Assembly: GCA_010093995.1 (NCBI GenBank) | Contig: ML992507.1 | Span: 679,576-743,575, forward strand | Source of the DNA: Elsinoe ampelina | Lineage: Eukaryota | Length of the DNA stretch: 64,000 bases | Direction: 5' to 3' | Shown: positions 22,821 through 34,310 of the stretch, piece by piece | How the letters are laid out: the number at the start of each line of letters is the position of its first letter | Position numbering within the stretch: the stretch's first letter is position 1 | Made by a program: the position numbers and the translations under genes | Notes under the pieces: model-generated | What the model was told of the DNA's origin: nothing | The model's database searches: none | What the model saw: only the letters and a program-made list of their open reading frames with translations

Positions 22821-24745
22821 ATCTTAGCCTCTAATATAGACTAAGACTCTAGCTAAGAATCTAGCTTAAGGGCTAAGCCTATCTTAGTTACTAGTTTATA
22901 AGCCTTATAATTCTTATTTACTAGTATAATTAGTACTAAATCTACTATCCCTAGATCTAAGCCTAGCTTAGATTAAGGATAGTACCTTAGTAGACTAGTT
23001 CTTTAATACTCTAGCCTTACCTCTATTAATAGTAATATAGCTATCTCCTCTACTAATAGGAGGAGTTAAAGCTAAGAGAAATAAGAAGGAAAGTTAAACT
23101 AAAGAGGTAGTTAAAGCTTAACCTAAGTAACTCTCTTAAAGAATTACTACTAGGTTAGCTAACCTTCTTTCTAAGTATATCCTTACTATAAGAAGAATAA
23201 GAAAGCTAAGGAGGTAAGTATATATTACTACTCTTATATAAACTAATAAGGCTTCTAGATATTACTAAGCCTTTAATACTTATCTATTAATAAAGCTAAT
23301 ATAGCCTAAGCTAGAATTAAGAGATAATCTCCCTCTACTACTAGCTAATATTAAAGAGCTTAAAGCTTACTCTTATAGAAAGTAATTTTAAGAAGCTATA
23401 AAGGCTAAATTACTTACTTTATATTTAAAATATATATAGACTATTATACTAGCTACTTAAGTAATAAGTAAGCTTATCTCTTTAATATAGATATTTACTT
23501 ATAAAGTTAATAATAAAGAAGAAGTTATAAAGTATAAAGTAAAAATCTATATAAGAGATAATCTCTAATTAATAGAATTAGAGACTTATATAGTAACTCT
23601 AGTAGCTAAGATCTTTAAAATACTTATAGCTCTACTTACTTATAAAGATATAAAGGCTATCTAGATAGATATTATTAATACCTATATTAATAGCTCTATT
23701 AATAAGACTACCTACTATACTATTCTTTCTAGATTTAAGTTAGTTATAGAGAAGCTTATAAAGGACTACTTTAGTATTACTCTATTAGATATAATTCTCT
23801 TACTTAATAAAGCCTTATATAGTCTTAAATAAGCTCTAGCTCTCTAGTATACTAAATTTACTACTACTCTAAAGAGTATTAGTTTTACTTAGGCTTCTAA
23901 GGCTTCTTACCTCTAGCTAACCTCTAAAGTAATAATCTTCTTCTTTATAGATAATATTACTATTATATATCTTAAAAAGTATAAGGAGAAGGCTAATTTT
24001 ATTATTATAGCTCTCTATACTAAATATAAGATAAAGGTACTTAAAGATCTAAGCTAGTTTCTAGCTATCTAAGTTATAAGGAATAGAGTAACTAAGAAGC
24101 TATAGCTTAGTTAAGTCTAGTATATATAGTAGATATATAGCAAGTTTATTATAGAGCTAATAAGGCTAATATTAATACTACTTCTAATTAAGATACTCTA
24201 GCCTTATAAAAGCTAAGTATTACTATAAGAGATCTACCTATACTAGTAGAAGGTTAGATCTATTAACTTTATAGCTATTATTATAAGGCCTAATATTGCC
24301 TTTACTACTTCTAGATTATTAAAGTACTTAACTAATCTATTACTAACTTACTAGAGGCTAGTAAATAGAGTAATCTAGTATCTCTATAAAACTAAAGATC
24401 TAGCTCTTACCTTTAATAACTTAATACTACCTCTAATCTTCTAAGCCTTATTAGATACTAGCTTTAGTAGTTACCCTTTAAGGAAGAGCCTTTAAAGCTA
24501 TCTATTTAAGATATTCTAAGGCTTAATTAACTAGAAGACTACTAAGTAGCTAATAGTTATAACTTTAAGTATAGAAGCTAAATTACTTACTCTTATAGAG
24601 ACTACTAAGTAAGCTATATAGTAGAGGAGGCTAATAGCCTCTATCTATCCCCTTAAGTATATTAGTATTTAGTATAATAATTAGTAAATAATTAGCCTTA
24701 TTACTAGTCTAATTAAGAAGCTTAATATATATCTTTATTATATTA

Positions 24746-25050
24746 NNNNNNNNNNNNNNNNNNNNNNNNNNNNNNNNNNNNNNNNNNNNNNNNNNNNNNN
24801 NNNNNNNNNNNNNNNNNNNNNNNNNNNNNNNNNNNNNNNNNNNNNNNNNNNNNNNNNNNNNNNNNNNNNNNNNNNNNNNNNNNNNNNNNNNNNNNNNNNN
24901 NNNNNNNNNNNNNNNNNNNNNNNNNNNNNNNNNNNNNNNNNNNNNNNNNNNNNNNNNNNNNNNNNNNNNNNNNNNNNNNNNNNNNNNNNNNNNNNNNNNN
25001 NNNNNNNNNNNNNNNNNNNNNNNNNNNNNNNNNNNNNNNNNNNNNNNNNN
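24746..25050. other. Assembly gap (N run)
   Basis: 305 N characters. The gap hides the RNase H end, the PPT and the start of the 3' LTR. Confidence 1.
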
Positions 25051-26007
25051 TTTATAATTAAATTAGATAGTTATTGTCTTAATCTGTTATTATTTAGGAG
25101 TTCTATTGATTTAGTTATCTCTCAGTTCATCAGGTTAAGTATTTATGTAGTTACAATCCCGCTCCGCGCCAAGCAATGTCAACCGAGGTTCTGGCCGGCG
25201 CAGCTGTTTGACAAAAACCTGGTCACCATTTTCGGCGACGCAACTTCGAAGTACCAGACTTGGTCTACACAGATGACCTCCATATCGCGACTCCGAGATC
25301 ATGTGGCGCAGTACTGGACCCGTCGCTCTGTCCCGTCGAGATCCGACAATCGCCGACTCTTCTACATCATGGGAGCTTTGCTGGACCATCTCATCTCAAT
25401 GGAAAATGCGCATCTTCCTGCGGTGGCATGTCAGTCATGTTGAATTCGATGTAGCCCGCTGAGTGGAAGCCTGGTATTCTTCAACACGACGACCCTGCTA
25501 GTATGCTCGTACCACTAGATGAATCAGGCTGCGTATGGCATCGCTTCTACCCCGTCACCACGCTTTGCATCATGGGTGTGGAACATACTAGCCGTCACTC
25601 GGTAAGGAGACAATCAATTTCGACATCCCACCGTCCCTCAGCCTCATCGTGTGGCCGTGAATGTCCCGTAGTATGCACGATCATACACGGCTGCCGATGG
25701 TGTTGGCATAACTTCGCCGCATCCGTGGTGATTGTCAACGGGACATGGTGTCTGATAGGATTCGCAAGCTGATGTTATGAAGCGTCTCAACGTACTTCAG
25801 CTTCGGTGACCGCCATGGTATCGCTCTTCAGCTCGCAGGTGAGAGACAACTTGATCTGAGTTGAAGCAAGTAAGGAGAAGCTATAAAGATGCAAGGAAAG
25901 TACGATGTAAGTTGATCGAATACCATCTGAAAGACACTGAACGACTCGTATCCATCATAGCTGCTACTTCACCAATTCTGATTGTTCGGTTTACCTCCTC
26001 AGTCATC

Positions 26008-27111
26008 ATGTTGTCTATCAAAGCTTTCACGATCCTAATGCCACTTTCAGTGCTTGCCGTACCTCTTTCTGGCTCATCTCAAGAGATTCGTGTTATCTGG
26101 TCCCGGCAGGTCGGATCAGGAGCCACGGTCCTGAAAGTCTTCACGAGCGACTCCTCCTCAATCCTAGCCGAAGCTACCACTACAAGGATCGATGGGGGCT
26201 TGTTTGCCTCCGAACCTCTCTCGGTCGATGTCAATGACACTGGTGCTGGCACGCTCGTCCTCGGCGACAAGACATACACAATCACCACTGATCGAGAACG
26301 ATCCGGCGGCATATCCTGTACCCGCATGTACACCAACGAGCAAGCCTTCGTCAATTGCCTGGTCCCATTCTCTGGCGATCTTGGACTGGTCCGACGTGGC
26401 CCAATGAAGGATGCCGCAACCCTCCGAGCTGAAATGAGCGTCGGAGCGCTCCCAGCATTTCAAGATCTATCACCTCTCATCAAAAGAGACAATGCCCTAC
26501 CAGAGCAGAGGGGGCACAATCTTTCCCCTCCCGCCATCTTCAACGAGACACGTCTCACAAAGCGCCAACGCGAGCCTTGGCCAGTCCAGACCACCGTACT
26601 CCACGGTGACGGCAACCCCGCACCAGAACTATTTCCATCAACAGAAGACAGTAAGTATCTCTCAACCCAATGTTCTCCGCAGCACGTCATCTGACCAAGA
26701 CAGTCTCCAGTCCAATGTTCCCAAAACGGCTGCTCCGCCACCTACACCCAAGGCGACTCCTTCACCGTCGGCTGGAGCGCCAGCTTCCCCATCTTCAAAT
26801 GGATCGGAGGCGGCTTCAACGTGGGCATGACCTGGACCACGTCCGAAGGAACGACATGCAACGGTAACCCAGGCGAGGAGGTCTGCGTCTGGTACAACAC
26901 CGCCCACACGGCTTATACTGTGGAAAACTGGACGACGGATGACGTCTGCATGAACAATGAGCGCATGGAGTCGTTGAGTATCGTCAAGAGCCCGAATGCC
27001 CTCAATCGTGGTGGGAAGATGTATTGTGTAATTGGAACTTGCAGAGCGGTGACGGATAGCTACTGGGACAATACGCCGGTACCGGGTGGTCCTTCCGGGG
27101 AGCTTCCCTGA
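26008..27111 (+). pseudogene. Secreted prepro-protein with Cys-rich C-terminal domain, interrupted by a +1 frameshift (pseudogene or sequence error); intron 26651-26703
   Basis: Signal peptide MLSIKAFTILMPLSVLA and KR sites. GDGN continues as PHQNYFHQQKT only if one C is removed from 26616-26619. Intron GTAAGT..CAG then leads to SPVQC...VCVWYNTAHTAYTV...YCVIGTCR. Confidence 0.7.
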
Positions 27112-27466
27112 AAACTCCCCGCCGGGTAAGCGTAGTGTGCGGGAAAATGGCACAATTCCGGTGTAATGGTGAAAAGGTACGACAGGAAGCGGTAGCAAGT
27201 TTTATCAGATGGATGAGGCAAGACAGCGCGGCCGGCGGATCGCGATGCTACAGGCCTGAAATGCATGTCCAGGCCCTCTGCAATGATCCCGTCCAAGATT
27301 CCCCTTCACGTGATCGTACGCTGTCTGGAATACAACCTCACGCCCATGTCAAGAGGAAGCCGAGACAAGCAATGTTTGATACGAGATACGAGTCCATTGC
27401 CGCCGCGAATTAAATGCTACAAACTGTCCTAACAGAAGTGCGAGAGGGGCACCAGCCTGTCTAAAT

Positions 27467-29175
27467 CTACTGGGCGCATCCGCCATCAATCTCAGCAAAA
27501 GGAATCGTCTCCACGACCGGACCGCCCGGTCTGCCAATCCTCACAAGCTGCTCTTGGTCCACAGTCGGCCATCCCACTCTGTCCCCCAAGCCTTCGGGAT
27601 CCCGCATGAAAGCAAGAATATAGTCCTGCAGCTTCTCGCTTACTTGAATCTGATAGTCTGATGCAGGACCCCGAAAGTCTCCGAACGTACCGAATATATA
27701 TGCGAGGTCCACATCGTGATAGGCACCAAGCCATGGCGTCGGGCTCGTGGTGGAGAAGTTGCCTGCGAACTCGTAGCGGTAGACAGCTTGGACTTGCTGA
27801 GATCGAAGCTGTGCCGATGTCCGGGCTGGGCATTTAAAGATCACGTTTGTGGTGGCGTCGACGATCCGCTGATCGGGTCCGGCGACTCGGTCTGCTGGGT
27901 AGGGGACCGCTGCGATGCCATCGTTGGTTGTCGATGAGTAGATGGCTGGTAATTGGGCGTACTGTCCGTCCACAAAGCGCTGGGTGAAGTTGGAGAAGAC
28001 GATTCGGTCGTCTCGGACGGGGTAGAATGCGAGGCCGATGTTCGGTGTCCCTTGTGCCACAGTGACAAGCGACTCGACCGGGACAGTCTTCATGCATGCT
28101 AGTTCTGCTGCGGAGGAGGTAGTGTTGCCGCATCCGACTTGGGAGGCCACATAAGAAAAGTTACTACCAGATGCAGGCGCACTGATGATGCCCAAGCCAA
28201 TGTTGCCGCTGTTCATCACGTAACCTTTGACAACAGGATCTTCTGGCTTATGGAAAGACTGAATCTCCGTTGAGTAGCCGCCAGCTGATTGACCCTGATG
28301 TGTGTCAGTAGCGAATGCACATGGCGCGGAAAGGCTCTGACCCAAAGCGTTATGCGATCCGGATCACCGCCAAATGCTTCAATATTCTCCCGGACCCATT
28401 CCATACTATATCTGGTCAGTGCTGAGCCGCAAGTACTGCCACATATGGTGACTCACGCCGCCCTCTGGTCAAGCAAGCCAAGATTACTGTTCTCGAGAGC
28501 TGGAGAATTGGGGAAGCCCATGATGTTCATGCGGTAGCTGCATCAATCAGCAATTCGTTACTTGTTGCGAGTCAAGGTCGTCTCACTTTGTAGTCACCAC
28601 GATGTGGGATCGAGTGCGCTGTACCCAATTCTGCGGAATCTGATACTGAATGTCGATTCCTCCAGTGACGAACGCTCCTCCGGTCAGGAAGATGATGACT
28701 GGTAGTTTCTTCGGTCGACCAGTGGGAGTCCAAATACCAACATACAAGCAATCTTCGCCAGACGACCGAGCAAATTCTCCAGCGGTAGAGTTCTGACCAG
28801 GGCCTTGTACTAGCCATTCTGGTACGTCAAGGCCATAAATCTGGAACCCTGTCAGATCTATCATCTCCTTTCATGCAGGAGGTTGCCGACCCATGGAGCG
28901 GACTGGATGTACTGGGAGCAAGAAAGAGGATACTCAGATGCGTCGACCACTCCGCTTTGATTGGCAGATCTCTTTTGAGGTGGCTGCCATCTCCTCTCTC
29001 CTGTGGGTGGCAGTGCATATGGCACGCTGAGGAATTGCCTGACATCTGGTGCGGTGCCGTTGATAATGCCTCGAAAGGTACCTGAGGGTGCCCTCACTGT
29101 TAGACCACCGCTACGCGGCGGTCTTGCGCTGACCACAGCAGCCAATAACGTCAGCAGACTAAGCGAAGACACCAT
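27467..29175 (-). CDS. Secreted type-B carboxylesterase/lipase; exons 29175-28891, 28840-28587, 28537-28457, 28405-28342, 28294-27467
   Basis: Signal peptide, FLSVPYALPP, GEDCLY, NYRMNIMGFP, GLLDQRAA, nucleophile motif W|GQSAG and GAYH. Confidence 0.93.
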
Positions 29176-30195
29176 GGTAGGGAGCTTGACTATGCCAGCA
29201 AAAAGAAGGACGGACGAGCAAGCTTCTGGTAGTGCTTGCGACTTCCTTACATGCCAGGGCTCACAGCGACAACGGAAATTGTCATTGATCGGATCTCCAG
29301 CCGTGCAATCATGCTTTGCATATCGAGGCGCAATTGATTGGTCAATGGAGACACCCTCTGGTGGTGCCCTTGCTGATCGTCAAGTCAACAAGGCGGGCAT
29401 GCACAGAGAACTACCTAGTAGCTTGGCGGTGACACAAACATTGACGACTACCAGGTCAGTTGTCCTGCAGAGCACCTTGATGAGGGGTCGTAGTTCTCCA
29501 TGTGGCACCTTGGCACGATCGACATTGAGCTTTATGCAAGATGGATTGTGCAGAAGGTCGTCTTCATGGTCAGGCCTTTTCCCGCCGTTCTGGGAGGCAT
29601 TGCTTGCCGTCACGGGAGCCTCTTTCCGCTGCTGCAGCTGCACAAAATCCACTCGAGACCGGGCATTCGATGTTGCATCGCGCGAGGTTGTGCCAATGTA
29701 GGGCATGATGGGGCCCGGGGGCGGAAAGAAAGACGTGTGCGTGTTCAGCACAAACATGGTTCCGGGACTGACGCCTCCCGAAATGTCACTTTTTCCACGC
29801 CGTCGGACCACTCCTCTCTCCTTTTGTCCTTCCTAACACCTTATGCACGAAGCTAACAATTTATTTACCTGTTTACATAAGGCTTAGCTTCTGCTCGAGT
29901 ACTCAAGACCACATGATTGATTGGCGAGAAGTTGTGCTACCTGCCAATCACGTCTACGTGCCATGCAAGATCGACATGGCGAAGTATCACAATACGAGTA
30001 TCGATTGGCTGCCCCCTCGCTTGTCATGCATTAGAGGTCACAGCGACAACCTGATTCCGACAGACTGCATGTTTGCCATGTGATCATTATCGTACTGCAC
30101 CTGGTAGTATTACTTTCTTACACTGTTCCCCTCGCAGTTTACATCTTTCCCATGCCTTTCTGATATCGTTGGCGAGATCGAGATTCCTCGCCAAC

Positions 30196-32133
30196 ATGTC
30201 CGTCCCACTACCAGTACCGCCGCAGCCTGCACACGTGGCGGAACAAGCTGCAAAGGCCCAAGAGCATGCGATGCGTATCCAAGCGCGATACGCAGAAGAG
30301 AGAAACAGACGTGTCAAGGATGAAGGTCTCGGCCAGTACATCGACCTGATCAAGTCGGACAAGTTCAAGCATTATGCAGAGGATCCATGGGTCGACAGGA
30401 GTAAGCCTGGGAAGAGACCACCGACAGATAATTGCAAGGCTCTGATCCTCGGAGCTGGCTACGCAGCATTGCTCTTTGCTGTCGGACTTGTCGAAGTTGG
30501 CTTTGAACCCAAGGATATCCTGTTCGTTGACTCTGCAGGAGGCTTCGGTGGAACTTGGTACTGGAACCGCTACCCCGGCTTGATGTGCGATGTGGAGAGT
30601 TACATCTACATGCCTTTGCTGGAAGAGACTGGCTACATGCCAAAGCACAAGTACGCCTATGGCCCCGAGCTCCGCGAGCATGCCGAGCGTATTGCCGCCA
30701 AATGGAATCTTACCGACCAGCTCGTCCCCAGCGCGACCATCAAGGAGTCCACCTGGGATGATGCCACCAGCACATGGAACACGACCATCCATCTGGACCG
30801 CTTCTCGGAATCTACCACCATCACCTCCAACTTTGTCCTTCTCGCATCCGGCGTCCTCAACACCCCCAAGATTCCCTCCATCCCAGGCATCGACACCTTC
30901 GAAGGACACATCTTCCACACCGCCCGCTGGGACTACAACTACTGCGGCGGCACCCCCGAAGACCAAACGCTTTCCAACCTCCACGACAAGAAGATCGCCA
31001 TCATTGGCACCGGGGCCACCGCCGTACAAGTCGTCCCCGCCCTCGCCTCCAAATGCGCCCATCTGACCGTCTTCCAACGCACCCCCTCCGCCGTGGACGA
31101 GCGTAACCAACGCCCAACTGACCCCACCGAATGGCGCACCATCACCTCCCAACCCGGCTGGCAACGCGCCCGCATGGCAAACTACTCCTCCTACCTTTCC
31201 AACCTCCCCGACAAACCCGCCCAAAACCTCGTCGACGACGGCTGGACGCACTTCCCCTCCTACTCGGCCCTCGTCGGCGGCCCAGCCTGCGCCAACCTTA
31301 CCCCGGAAACCATCGGCCCCCACATCGCCAAGATGCACGCCCTCGACTTCCCCCGGCAAGAACGAGTCCGCGCCCGCGTCGACGCCACCGTCAAGGACCG
31401 CGCCACGGCCGAGGCCCTCAAGCCCTGGTACCCAGGGTGGTGCAAACGCCCGTGCTTCCACGACGAGTACCTGCCCGCCTTCAACCGGTCCAACGTCACC
31501 CTCGTGGACACAGCGGGGCGGGGCGTCGAGCGCCTCACGCCCCGCGGCATCGCGTTCGACGGCCGCGAACACCCCGTCGACCTGGTGATCATGTCGACGG
31601 GCTTCAACTCCCCCGCCGTGGGCAACCCGGCGTCCAAAGCCGGGGTGAAAATCACGGGCCGCGACGGGTTGACCATGGACGCCAAATGGGCCGCTGGGGT
31701 CGGGACCCTCCACGGTGTCGTCACCAGGGGTTTGCCGAATTGTTTCTTCCCTGGTCCGGCGCAGGCAGGGGCGTCGGCGAATCATGTCTGCACGCTGGAT
31801 GTGATTACGAGGCATGTGGCGCATATTATCTCCAAGGCGATGGAGAGGGCGGGGGAAGGAGGGAAGGTGGTGATTGAGCCGAGTGCGGAGGGGGAGGAGG
31901 GGTGGACGGGGAGGATCATGGGGCAAGCGATCAGTTATGCGGTGCTCATGGGGTGTACGCCTAGTTATTTGAATAGTGAGGGGGAGGCGGATAGGGAGAA
32001 GAGTATGGAGGAGAAGATGAAGGGAGCGAGGGCGGCGGGGTGGTCGAGGGGGTTGTTGGATTATGAGAAGGTGTTGGGGGAGTGGGAGGGAGAGGGGAAG
32101 TTGGAGGGGTTGGTGGTGGAGGTCAAAGCTTGA
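30196..32133 (+). CDS. Type I Baeyer-Villiger monooxygenase
   Basis: GAGYAA and GTGATA Rossmann motifs, GGTWYWNRYPG, BVMO fingerprint FEGHIFHTARWD, and WCKRPCFHD. Confidence 0.95.
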   Translation: MSVPLPVPPQPAHVAEQAAKAQEHAMRIQARYAEERNRRVKDEGLGQYIDLIKSDKFKHYAEDPWVDRSKPGKRPPTDNCKALILGAGYAALLFAVGLVEVGFEPKDILFVDSAGGFGGTWYWNRYPGLMCDVESYIYMPLLEETGYMPKHKYAYGPELREHAERIAAKWNLTDQLVPSATIKESTWDDATSTWNTTIHLDRFSESTTITSNFVLLASGVLNTPKIPSIPGIDTFEGHIFHTARWDYNYCGGTPEDQTLSNLHDKKIAIIGTGATAVQVVPALASKCAHLTVFQRTPSAVDERNQRPTDPTEWRTITSQPGWQRARMANYSSYLSNLPDKPAQNLVDDGWTHFPSYSALVGGPACANLTPETIGPHIAKMHALDFPRQERVRARVDATVKDRATAEALKPWYPGWCKRPCFHDEYLPAFNRSNVTLVDTAGRGVERLTPRGIAFDGREHPVDLVIMSTGFNSPAVGNPASKAGVKITGRDGLTMDAKWAAGVGTLHGVVTRGLPNCFFPGPAQAGASANHVCTLDVITRHVAHIISKAMERAGEGGKVVIEPSAEGEEGWTGRIMGQAISYAVLMGCTPSYLNSEGEADREKSMEEKMKGARAAGWSRGLLDYEKVLGEWEGEGKLEGLVVEVKA

Positions 32134-32640
32134 GGTAGGATTTGATTCTATCAGGCCAGTGGGTCATGTAAGCAGTGATAGACAGAGAATAGACAAGTCA
32201 TTAAAGGAAATCTCATTCGTAGGCTTTTATCTGGCGGCTTCTCAAGTGAAAAGGCCAAGTAGGAACTGCTCAAGTGAGCGATCCCATCGTCCCAACCCCC
32301 ACTGAGAGGGAAGGAAACGTCAATCTAACAGAAAATTGGGAATGGTGAGGTGGTTGGGTAGCAATCTGTTGTTTTGCTCAATCTTCTCTCTCGCTGTCTT
32401 CTTGTACAGCATGAGCAGTCTTTTTCTTCTCAAAGGCTCGTGCTGCAGTCGTGCGGCTAGAAGCCGCTTCCCCTTTGAACGCCATTTCGCCGTTATGCTT
32501 GATCCGTCAGAATCATGCTGAAGATGTAAAGAATCCGACCCATGCCATGCCGCAAAACTCCGATGGAAGCCAACATGGTTGTAATAAAGATCCAATGCCG
32601 TGTGATGATGATGCCATTGAAAGGTTGTGTGAAGGGATCA

Positions 32641-34310
32641 TCACACGACAGGGGTTTCGCTACCAGAGTCGGTGGCGAGATCAGCACCATCAAGGTAGGT
32701 AGGTGCCCATTTCTTGGCCCATTGGCGAAGGACGATAGAGGCTGTAATTTGTCAGTAGCGTTCAAGAGGAGCATGTGAATGGGAGACTGACCCTTGAGGA
32801 ACTTCTTGCTTGCGTATTTGCGGAAGAAGGCATCATGGGAGACAGGGCCATGGAGGTACTCAACCATGAGCTTGAAGACGGGCTCAATGTCTTGCTCGGT
32901 GTAACCGGCATATTTGGCAAGAGTAGCATCCTATCATAATTAGCAGATGTCAATGACGTACATGTAGATGATGACTTACCCATTCACCCCTGTCAAGCAC
33001 AAGGCGGGCGAGGTACATGGACGCAGCAGCGACGTGCGAAGGTGGGTATTTCAAGAAGCGGTAGTCAACGCACCCGATCTCGAGGAGATACTTGCCCAGG
33101 GTACGTGTCTGGATGTCGTAGTTGTCGGCCTTTGAGATCCTGCGGAGGAAGTTCATGGGGTTGGGGTATGAGAGATCGTAGTCGAGAGCAGCAAGAATGA
33201 AGCGTTCAGCGCTGAGGATCTCAGCCTCGGTGAAGCCATCGTCGGCGACGTGACGGAAGTTCTGAACATGAGGGGAGAGGACCTCCTCATACTTGGAAGC
33301 AATGAACATAGCTGTGACGCCAACGAGCTGAAGACGGTCGAGCTGAACCACCTTCCGTGAGAGGAAGCGGTCGATGATGTTGACAGCCAGGAAGAGAGTC
33401 TCCGGTAGAAGTCGGAAACGGCTGTGGACCTCGAGCAGCCAGTCGACGAGGATACCACGCATCTTCCACTCCAACTCGCCTTGCAGGTCCATATAGTCGG
33501 GGTTAGGCAGCGTGGTGATCTCCAGCTCCTTCATGTAGTCGAAGATCTCGTGAACATACTCGGCGACCATGAGTGGGTCATCAAAGTCTTCCGAGTCAAG
33601 GTCCTTGGCCTCTTTGCAGAGCTCCTCCAGAGTCTTGAAGTCTCCCTCATCTTCAACCTTGACATCGACGGCTTTGGCGACAGCAGTTTGACGATCGAAC
33701 TTGGACTTCTTCTCCTTCATGAGCTCCTCGGCGGGAGGGTTGTTCTCGACTGACTCGTCAATCTCTTCCTTTGGCATCGACGACTTGTCCAGAGATCTCT
33801 TCTTGGTGACGTTGCCAGTGACACCAGAGCCGCTTGAAGGAGCAGAACGCTTGAGCTCGGACGAGTTGCTGCCCTTGGGCACAAGGGCCTGACGTGAAGT
33901 TGTGCGTGAAATCTTTGTGATACCAGTCGGCTTTTGTGACTTGGCCAAACCGCCCTTGCCGAGTGTCTTTCCCTCTGTATTCTCTGACTTGTTGACGTTA
34001 CTCACATCACCGAGTGCTGACCTTTTTCTCGCAGGCTGAACACCAGTTGTGAGGTTGTTTGTGGAGGTGGCTCTTTTGGTAAGAGGCTTTTTGGCAGGTG
34101 GGTCGGCGACATTGGTGGTCTCGAGAGCGGCAGCTTTGGCACGTGTCAAGCGCGTGGTCGCAGCATTCTCGTCATTCTCGTTCGTAGCGGCCCTTCGGAG
34201 ACCACGTACGGCCTGGCTTCTGGTTAGCATTGAATGTAATCGAGTCATGACTCGTGCGTGATGTGGAAGTGGAGAGGTTGGTTGAGGCTGATAGAACGTA
34301 CTGGAGGCAT
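32641..34310 (-). CDS. nimE: G2/M B-type cyclin (NimE/Cdc13-like); exons 34310-34302, 34212-32980, 32930-32792, 32741-32641
   Basis: Destruction box RSALGDVSN, cyclin box MRGILVDWL...ASKYEE and KYASKKFLKAS. Three canonical introns. Confidence 0.95.

Larger units (their letters stand above)
19824..25158 (+). mobile_element. Ty1/copia LTR retrotransposon, RIP-inactivated; 5' LTR about 19824-20082, partial 3' LTR 25051-25158
   Basis: De-RIP motifs occur in PR-IN-RT-RH order: WILDSGA (about 21286), WHKVMGH (about 21733), FLRSDN, WVFTYK, QMDVVNAY, KALYGLKQ, FFVDD, SDASF, SSTEAE. PBS-like GTTATAAGCCC at 20083. 25051-25158 matches 19915-20022 by transitions. Confidence 0.92.

Noticed and set aside
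25835..25880. AACTTGATCTG resembling part of a TPP riboswitch
   Set aside because: The remaining conserved core and pairing are absent, and no thiamine gene is adjacent.
30208..31926. 572-aa antisense ORF over the BVMO, and similar long shadow ORFs (5781-6797, 2768-3274, 40050-40745)
   Set aside because: These are by-products of GC-rich, skewed codon usage in real genes on the other strand; no recognisable motifs.
32131..32145. Cryptic peroxisomal targeting by stop readthrough in the BVMO or other enzymes
   Set aside because: No TGA-CTA context or SKL-like tripeptide after the stops examined.
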